Below, one piece after another: positions 53,903-64,000 of a stretch of DNA of 64,000 nt. Source of the stretch: Blastocystis sp. Blastoise (taxonomy: Eukaryota; Protista; Bigyra: Opalinata); contig JBBPEB010000023.1 in the NCBI GenBank assembly GCA_039096225.1, forward strand, positions 248,001 through 312,000, in the 5' to 3' direction. The notes below the pieces were generated by a model. The model ran no database searches and had not been told where the DNA came from. It worked only from the letters and a program-made list of their open reading frames with translations. The translations under genes were made by a program, and so were the position numbers. Each line of letters begins with the position of its first letter. The first letter of the stretch is position 1.

Positions 53903-55633
53903 ATGATTATATATATAATATAATTTTTGTTTCTCTCTTTATTATTTATAAATTATATAATTTGGTTTATATTTCTATTTGGTTTTTAAATTAAAATTAT
54001 TTTTATATTTATATTATGAATTTTTTTAAATCTATTATATTTATAAAACAAATTTTCTTCTTTTTCACATGAATACAAAAAGTTTCATCAAATCTCTATC
54101 GCAACCATTGATACTATGATATAATAGATTATCCGATAATTCAGATATATTTATTTGCTATATTTATTTATAAAAAAACATTTTTAAGAATAATTCAACA
54201 TTCAAAAACGAATTTATCAAAATAAAAAGTATTTAATTATTAAATTTATTTCTCCTTTTTTAAAAATAACATATAATGGTATTCCTATATACAATAATTA
54301 ATAAATCTTTACGTTGAAAGACCTCAAAATACATATTTCTCAATTGTTATAGTAACCCAGAGCCTTAGAGAATGTGTAGAATATATGATAACATTCATAT
54401 TCAAATAATATTTGATTACCGCCCTCAAAAAATAATTTTAAAAGTTGTTTAAAAATTATAATTCATTAAGAATATTCATTCGTTTATCTGCAACATATAA
54501 ATTCACAATTTAATATCAAATAAGAAACTATTTTGAAAGCAAACATCAGGGAAAACTAATTACTTATATATTCTGATAGAAAAAAAAAGAATTGTTCTAT
54601 ATACATGGTATTCCTGATATGAACTTTACGACATCGATGGCAAATATACTGAAAGAAATCATTCTAAAAGAATAAAAACAAAATAAAAGAAAAGCAAATG
54701 AATGTTCTTAAAAGCAGTTGACTAAAAAGGGATAATTCAAATGTTTTTAAAAATAACCATAAAATAAATTTAAATTCTTAAAGAAACATTTGACTAATAA
54801 ATTTTGTTCTTTTTTTTATTGGTTATTTTGTATTTAATAAAAATTAAATTCGGTTATTAGAAAACACATGGTTAAACATCTCTAACTCCAAATATTAACA
54901 AAATAGAGGACCAAACAGCATTTGAAAATAATGTATTCATAATAAGATATTATGTTTAACATATAATATTAAAAAATCAACTATTATTTTATTAGAATGA
55001 CTTTTTTAAGTATAAATGAACCATAACTGTCTTTATTATTACATTCTTTTCTAAAACAAATCCTAGATTCACCCAATTTGCTCACATTGATGAAATAAAT
55101 ATATTTGCGTAATTTTCAAAATAAAAGAAAAAAGAATTTTAGTTAACGTTTTATTGTCAAGAGAACTGTATAGCGTGCTAGAAATCATAGCCAATATCCT
55201 TTTAACATAAATAAGTAGTTCTACACAATAATCCATATTGCAAAAATGTTTTAATACATCATTTAATGCATCAAAAAAAATAGTTGAACTTTTTTTTGTT
55301 TTTGGATATTTTTTGTCTATCGATGACGCACCTATTGTCACATAAGCATTTCATTCGTTAATTAAATTTGTTTTTTCTCTTTATCATTCTTATGATCGTG
55401 GAAATAGATACGAATAAACAAGAGAATATCATGAAAATGACTGGGAAAAAATAAAGAATCAGAAATCTCTACATACAAAAGAAAACGTTTTTATACATCG
55501 AGAATCACATAACATGACGTTAAACATTAAAAAAAAATAGTTTTCTATAAATATATTTGTTGATTGTAGAGAATATATATTCTCTTTATCTTCAGAAGAA
55601 CTTCACTGGAAAACATTCGGATATTGAGTGCAA

Positions 55634-56644
55634 ATGAACACTAGCTTTGCTATTGATCAACAGATTATTACCTTTTATGGAATTGAAAATCGTCTTCAAT
55701 GTATTGTGCATATTCAGAACCTATTTAAATTTCCTAATTCTGTGTTGTACCGCCAGTTTACTGAAAACTTTAATAGAGATACTAATTCATGTAGTTTATC
55801 ACTATCAGATAAGTTTCTTGATGTTATTACATCCTATATAGATGGTAAATTTATCCCTTGGGAAAGTTTTTCTGTTGAAGAATTACTTTCCATATTGAAA
55901 CAGTTTAGTATATATGGTATACCCCATCCTGAAGGAGTGAATCGATTACTAACACGATCTATATCAGATATCTATGAGAAATCATCTGTATCTCGTTTAT
56001 ATATTTCTTTTCAAAGTTCATCAAATGAAAAACCATATTATCGTGTTTCATCTTCATTGGATATGAAAAATAAAATGGAAACTGAATCTAATGATCAAAT
56101 AAAACTTAATTCAAAGAATTCATTTTTAGCTGATTTATCTAATTCAAATTCGATTACTACTTTATCTTTATCTATTTCTGAATCAGGATTATCTAAAAGT
56201 AATATAAGTTTCTATGATATGTTAAAGAATCAAGAATCATCATCTTCTTCATATCAACCTTCATTTGGTATTTTAAGACGTAGTCAGAATCATTCAGATA
56301 ATATATCACCACTTTCTAGTGATTCTGATTCTCTAAATAAACAAATAGGTACTCATGAAGTATATTCTATTCAACATTCACCTGCATCATCTACTACTAT
56401 TATTACTCCTATTTCTCCTGTTTCTTCAAACGAATCATTATCTTCTTCTTCATCTTCTTCTGAAAATAATGATATACATGAAATTAGTGAGAATAATGAT
56501 ATCCATGAATGTATCTCATTATCATTATCTTCTACTTCTCCTTATCCTTTAGAAAATAATTCAAATAGTTATAATACTATTAATGATAATAATATAGGTA
56601 ATAATTTGATTTATTCTCCTTCTCATCGTTCTTTTATACAAGAA

Positions 56645-56699
<55 letters not shown>

Positions 56700-57180
56700 T
56701 AAAATCACATACATACAAGTCAACTCAATCTACTTCTCTGTCTTATGATATTCAAGAATTCTTATATACCCAATTCTCGGATAGTACTATTATAGGTGAT
56801 AAACCCTTATTAAGAAAAACTCTAATCGAATGGACATCCTTAAGAAAACAATGGACTTGCTCTTTTAGGTATAGAATCATATATTATTTATATACATACT
56901 TTATATACTATTATCTTTTTTATTTTGTTTAATAATAATAACAGTAATATATATATATATACATATATATATAGAGGAAGCGAACATGATTTTAGTGCTT
57001 TTGATTTTCATAATTATTGCGATAACCGCGGGGAAACGATTGTTTTAGTAAAAGTGATTTCTCCTAATAATGTTGAGACTATATTTGGAGGTTATACTCA
57101 AGTTGGATGGAATAACCACGGTTATTTGAATAACCAATTCGTTGATACTAATGAATCTAATAGAAATTCTATAAAAAGTA

Positions 57181-57214
<34 letters not shown>

Positions 57215-57566
57215 ATATATAGATGCTTATCGTATAAATGATCCTTCTGTTTATTTGTTTTCACTTCAAAATCAATATCATACTTCACCTCAACAATTCT
57301 TTCATAATTACCACGGGGAAGATGCGTTAGGTTATAATACAAGTAGTGGTCCATGGTTCTTTGATGGTTTTTATATCTCTCATATGTGTGATTGCTATAA
57401 AACTAGTTTTACAGATAATGATCTTAATACTACAGACTCAAGCTATATCCGGAACACAAATAATGAAGCCAGTTTATTTGTGGAAACTGGGGAATTCGAT
57501 GATTTACATAATACTATTTTCTTTGTGTCGGAATATGAAGTTTATACAAGGTTTCCTTTAGTATAA
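55634..57566 (+). CDS. BTB/POZ-like plus TLDc domain protein with Ser/Asn-rich linker (start uncertain)
   Basis: N-terminal KFPNSVLY...FLDVITSYI...ILKQFSIYGI resembles a KCTD-type BTB; TLDc motifs FR|GSEHDFSAFDFHNYCDNRGETIVLVK, IFGGYTQVGW, YLFSL, GPWF, VSEYEVY. Confidence 0.85.
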
Positions 57567-59578
57567 TTATATATATATATATATAATTATAATTCTACTT
57601 CTATTTATTATATATATATCAATTTTAATTAACTATAATTTTTGAGCTTTATTCATGTTTTCTTTAATTCATTCTTATTCTTTGATCGTTCTATAATATA
57701 TAATATTATATATTTACTATGTTATATTATAATATATAATATTATATATTTACTATGTTATATTATAATATATAATATTATATATTTACTATGTTATATT
57801 TATTTATTTATTTATTTTTTTGATTTATTTCTTTTTCAATAGTCTTTAATATCTTTTCTTTTTAAAAAAATATTTATTATATAAATATACTTTGATTTCT
57901 TTTTATAATCGTGACTTTATTCTATTTTTATACTCTATTCTGTAATATATTCATTGGCTATATTTCCTTTTTTTGTTTTCGTTTTCTTTTTTCTTTATTC
58001 TTTATTTTATTGTGTAATATAAATATATTCTTTTATATTTATATGTCTATTTACATATATATAGACCTTTTCTTCTTTATATATATAGTAATAAAATACT
58101 TATTATTCTAGTTATTCATTCTTTCCTCCTTTGTCTCGATTTCTTTTTTAGTTATATATATATATGAATATATATATATATATAGATTAGTTTAGGTATA
58201 TATACTATATATATATATAAATTTATATACCTAATTAATTTCATATTATTGTTTCATACTCTTTGTCATTCTTTATTCTTCTTTTGTTATTTATGTATAT
58301 ATAAATATATGTATTTATATTTATACATAATATAAAAGATGTTTCTTTTGTTATTCAAATTATATTCATATTACTATATATATACATACTTTTACTTTAT
58401 TTTTTCTTTTTTCTACTTTTTCTACTTTTTATTCTATAAAAATGATAATAATTATAATTACATTTATAAACTATTTCCTTTCTTTATTTTAATTATAACC
58501 TAATATTGAAATAATATATTTATATTTATTAATATTACTTTATATTCATTGTGACTTTTTATGATTATTGTACTACTATGATATTAATTAAATTAATTCT
58601 ATATATTAATAAATTTTTAAATATATATATAACTCAATATTATTAATATAATTCTTATTCTTAATCTCTTTAATATATATATATACATGTATATATATCC
58701 CTCTAAACTGTTATTTCCTTTTCATATACATATTTATTTGTATGTCTTTTTATCATTATTATTCAGTATTTTTTATCATTAACGTATATATATATATATA
58801 TATATACTATATATCCCTTTTTACGTACAGTATATTTTATATAATTCTATACGTTCTTTATATCTATTTTATATTAATATCCTTATTCTTTTTCTTTTAT
58901 AATAATTTTTTTAATTATTTTGCTTTTTTTATAATTATATATTTATATTGATTTTCGTGTGTTGTGTTTTATACTTTTTTTTTTGTTTAAATATATATCA
59001 TTTTTATTTTTGTTTATATTTATTTTTCATATAAAAACTTTCTTGATACTTAATACAAAAAGAATATTACTTGTTTTGTTTATAACAATAATTGCCACTA
59101 AATATTATAATGTATTCTTTATTTTATGTTTATATAATTTCTCAAAAATGAATATCTATATAGCTCAATTTGTTTACAAAATATCTACTATTTTCTTCAG
59201 TTATCAAAGAAAAAAAAGTGGTATTATTTCTTATTCTTCATATAAATTCTTCATTCTATTTCAATCGTATATTCATAATGTATTACAAGAGATAAACATA
59301 GAATTCATTACAATATAGTAAACAAACTAATAAATAGATACATAACTGCACAACTAAAAGAAAAGAAAGCAATAAGTTAACAAAGAGAGAAAAAAATATC
59401 TATACTATACAGAAATCATAATTTCTATATAAACAAAAGAATAAATATCATAAAATATAATTCTTTCATAAAAAATAATATAAAGAAAAACCCTAACAAA
59501 TAAATTATAATAATTTAAATTATTATTGTAAGTAAATAATATAAATAAAAATAATATATATTATTTATAGAACATTAT

Positions 59579-60805
59579 TTATACACAAACAGAAGTACTT
59601 CTGGATTTCGTATTTCTAGAAGGCATACAACAAAATAAACGTTCCCACCAATGAGGGACTGTTGGCGCCAAAGAAGACACTAATGCTAAAATAATAAATA
59701 CATATGTTTAATAAATATATATATATATATATATATAAATATTTAATAATAAAAATAAATAAATATTGAATAATAAAAATAAATATATATTATTATAAAT
59801 ATACGTTCTTCACTATTAATACTATGTCTACTTAAACGTCTAATAACTGACGAAATACTATTCTTTCTTGATTGATCTGAAAATGCGTTACAATCATTTG
59901 GGGGTAAAATTGAAATTTGAATATTTTTATGAATAAAATATTGTTCACAAATAAAATGAAATAATTGAGTTACTGCTATATATATTTATAAGAATTATAA
60001 ATTAAAGATATCAAATTACACATGTATATATATATAATATTACAGTTAAAAGAAATATATTTTTTAGAAGAATTATATAATATACTAAAACTAAATAATT
60101 CATAAATTTTTATATATATAAATAATAATAATAATATATATACATATATACATAAATGATCTAATGAAGAACAGAAGAATAGAGGATAATGTAATGATTG
60201 AACTGACTGAATAATTTCCAGCTGTCTTTCAGGTGATATTAAATCAGAATAATTAGCTACTAATACTAATGAATATTTGTGATTCTTTTTATTATTCTCA
60301 AATAAATGAATCCATGAAATAATTGAATTATTGTTTTCATATTTCGAACAATCAAAAACAATGCACACTGTTTCAGCATCGTCGACCATATCTAGAATCT
60401 ATTTTTTATTTTTAACAAAATAGAGAAGAAGATATAAAATAATATACATCGTTGTTGGGTATATCACATCCTATATACGATAGACCCTATAGAATGAAGA
60501 AATACGAAAAATACCTTCAATATCGTTAAGAAATGTATTGATAGCATACGAATTTATAGTTCTATAGAAAGCGTATGATGTTTTGAGACTTATTAAGATT
60601 AAAATACAATAATAATTCACTGAGAAACATTCCTACAGTTGGAACACGATCTTTCTCAAAAGAACTTTCAACCAATTGCAAGACAATTGACGTTTTACCA
60701 CTTCCTATATTGTTAATATATATATAAATTAATAAAAATAGAATTTTTAAAGATACTTTTTGGTCCAACTAATGCAATCGTCTGTTTGTAGGGTGTGTCT
60801 TCCAT
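59579..60805 (-). CDS. Divergent Ras/Rab-superfamily small GTPase
   Basis: G1 LVGPKRSGKTS, G2 RVPTVG, G3 DIEG, VCIVFD, G4 LVANYSDL, G5 FCSS; tail ...WWERLFCCMP...STSVCV*. Confidence 0.75.
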
Positions 60806-61458
60806 TTATAATAGTAGTAATATAATAATATTTATTGAAAAAAAAGTAAATATAGCGTTTTCAATATGTATTTACTAATAGAATACAAAAGTGATTCTAT
60901 CAGGTTGTTTTTTATTTTTATGGTAAACAAACAAGAAAATTGTCCAATAAAATACCTTTAAAAATTGGATTCACCAATGAAACAAGGAATAGAAATGAAT
61001 TTACCAATCACATTGATGTCGGAGAAAAACAAAATGAAGAACTTCTGACGAACTGACTTCATTGCTTTAAAAAAAAGAGTTTTAAAATGTGGTTGAATAC
61101 TATTTATGTTGTGTATATATAGGTTTATATATAGTGTTAAAGCAAAGACTAAAGTACATAGAGAATGAAATAAAAGAAACATTTTAAGTAAGAAACACAA
61201 AGGTATAAGAAAGAAATGAACAACATGGTACAAGAAAAATATAGAAAGACAAAATAAATAAAAAGAATAAATAGTAACAGTTCAAAAGATCCAATTTATT
61301 TTTTGTTTTGATAAAAATCAAATGAGATAAGGATTAGAATTAAAATTAGATTTTAATATTTGAAATCATAGAATTCATATTCAACGGACATAAAAAGAAA
61401 ATAAATCGAGTTTAGTAAATGATAGACATAGAGTTTAATTATTGAAAAGCAATAACAT

Positions 61459-63847
61459 TTATAAATCCATATCATCAGAATCATCACTTAAATCACTTAA
61501 GTCACTGCTATCAGATTCTTCTTTAGCAGGTTTCTTACCTTTCTTAGGAGCAGCAGCCTTCTTAGGAGCAGCTTTAGTAGTCTTTTTAGCAGTAGCTTTA
61601 GGAGTTTTCTTTGTTTCTTCTTCTTTTTCATCTTCAGAATCACTAAGAGGAGAAATATCAAAATCACCATCAAGAGCAATAGTACGATTCTCTATAATAG
61701 AAATTAATTATTTTTAATGAAATTTAAATGTATATAATATATATAATATAATATATATAATATAATAATATAAATTTAAAATAATAATTAAAAAAAAATA
61801 ATCATAATAAATACTCATGTCTTCTAATTGAGTCTTATATTCAGTAATGGTTTGTTCAGGATCAGGAAGAGCATATTTAGCGAATTCCATCCAAATAGGT
61901 TCTTGTTCTCTACATAATAATACATTACAAGCAGCAAAATGACCAACAGTCATATCGAAATCTTTTAATTTACGTTCAACATAACCAGAAACTTCAACCT
62001 TTAATAAAGCCTTAGTAATACGATTTAATCTCTTCTTATTACGATCAACTTCAGCTTCAATCTATATATATAGAAATTAAATAAAAAAATTATATTTAAA
62101 AATAAAAAATATAATATATAGAAATAATAATCAATTCAAGAAATATGAGTTATAATAATAATTATATATATATATACATCAGTAAGAGCTTGTTTAGCCT
62201 TGGATAATTTAGCTCTATTTCCTTTTCTCTTTTGAACATGGATCTCAAACATAGCGGCATCCTTCTTATGCCAAGAATCAGTATAATCATTCTATAGGAT
62301 ATATATATAGATAGATATATTTGTTATTATAGTGCAATATTTTATTTTTGTAATAATAATAAAATAATAATAAAATAATAATAAAATAATAATAAAATAA
62401 TAATAAATATATAATAATAAAATAATAATAAAATAATAATAAAATAATAATAAAATAATAATAAAATAATAATAAAATAATAATAAAATAATAATAAATA
62501 TATAATAATAATAAAATAATAATATAACATTATATATACAAGATAAGTATATCTTCTTTCAATGAGGTCTAATAATCCTTGAGTTTGTTTTAATTGACGT
62601 TCCATTTCATAGATAAGTAACTTACCAGCAGTAGTAGGCATAAACTGAATAATCTTATACCAATCATTACACATAGTAGCTATATATATAATATTATTAT
62701 TATTATTATTATTTATGAACTATTATATTTATATATAAAATAAACTATATTCTATAAATAAATATAATATATAATAATCATAAATATATTATATTATATA
62801 TATATACATGTATGATCTAAGCTCTTGCAAATAACAGCATTCTTACTATTTAATTCATTAGCAATCTTTAAGTTTTCATAATTAATATCTAAACTCTGTT
62901 GACTTAAGTTCTTAAAACAATGAGACATCTTCTCAGCTGCTTGACTGTATCCATAAGAACGACTAATAACAGTCTTAACGGCACTTAACGTCTTTTCATG
63001 AGTCTTTACTAAACGAGAAATCTTTTCTCTGAAGGACTTTAACACACTATATATATAATAATATAATAATATAATAATATAATAATATAATAATATAATA
63101 ATATAATAATATAATAATATAATAATATAATAATATAATAATATAAAAATAATAATATACACTTCAATTTCTTCAGGACATTTGATATGATTAAGATAGT
63201 TATTATATTCATTATAACCATCATTATCACTGTCTCCCTTGGCCTTCTTCTCAGTAGCACGTTGCTTCTTCTTTTGCTATATACATATAATAGTATTCAT
63301 TATATATTAACTATATATATAATATAATATGATTATATACTCCATCAAAGATACCAATAGCCTTCGTGATATCCGAAGGAATGAAGGAAACGACGTTATT
63401 TACAAGAGTATCCACAGCTTGTGCTTTCTCCCAATTGATCTTTTGAGTGGATAAAAACTCAACGACAGTGTTATCCGCACGAATATAAGGAATAGAAAGA
63501 AGATTATTAATCCAATGCTCTAAGTCTATATATATAATATATAATAATAAATATATAATAATAAATATATAATAATATATAATAATATAAATATAATATA
63601 TAATAATAATATAAACATAGCCATACCTTTCATACGTAAATAGACGAAGTTATTTGATTTATTACCTACAACCTTCTTAGGAGGCATAGGTTCAATTAAT
63701 AAACCAGGATAACGAGCAGTGAGAATATTATAAAGTTGATCAAATTCACTGAAACGTCTTCTGACTTCGAATTCTTGTCCCTTCGTAGATACTTTATAAG
63801 TAGTATAAGGTTGGAAACGATTTCCTTCAGTCTTAGGATCATTTACC

Positions 63848-63879
<32 letters not shown>

Positions 63880-64000
63880 ATCATTATTATAGATTCATAA
63901 TAAAATATATATACATATACAACAACACCATTATAAATTCATAATAAAACAAATATATATATATACAACAACATTAAAGTCTTGAGCTAATATTTTATCA
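61459..64000 (-). CDS. PX-BAR sorting nexin (SNX1/2/Vps5-like), 5' end outside the window
   Basis: PX motifs YTTYKV, VRRRFSEFDQLY..L..RYPGLLIEPMPPKK; helical BAR-like region; acidic and Lys/Ala-rich tail ending DDMDL*. Confidence 0.88.

Overview
Very AT-rich, intron-dense eukaryotic nuclear DNA. A stramenopile gut protist of the Blastocystis/Opalinata type is my inference from gene content and intron style; the sequence does not prove it. I assembled 14 spliced protein-coding genes by hand: an HTH-like orphan, glutathione synthetase, a PH-GBD/FH3-FH2 formin, a kinesin with degenerate ATPase motifs, N-myristoyltransferase, Nup62/Nsp1, glycogen branching enzyme, a GT31 galactosyltransferase, an MST/Hippo-like kinase, an atypical two-DBD E2F, an orphan, a BTB-like/TLDc protein, a divergent small GTPase and a PX-BAR sorting nexin truncated by the window edge. 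The most unusual part is an 8.83-kb segment (26045-34874) with perfect 15-bp CACTA-type terminal inverted repeats and subterminal repeats but no recognisable transposase. It carries a perfectly paired tRNA-like cloverleaf with Pol III boxes, a ~4-kb strand-asymmetric purine tract and two sets of clean exon/intron structures with little coding capacity. Splicing is also notable. There are two 77-nt U12-type AT-AC introns, introns made almost entirely of microsatellite, and four introns whose single non-canonical base matches the spliced mRNA, which could be real non-canonical splicing, cDNA conversion or a polishing artefact. A C/G-rich CGCGGG(A/G) motif recurs in exons. Exon coordinates are manual and no database search was run.
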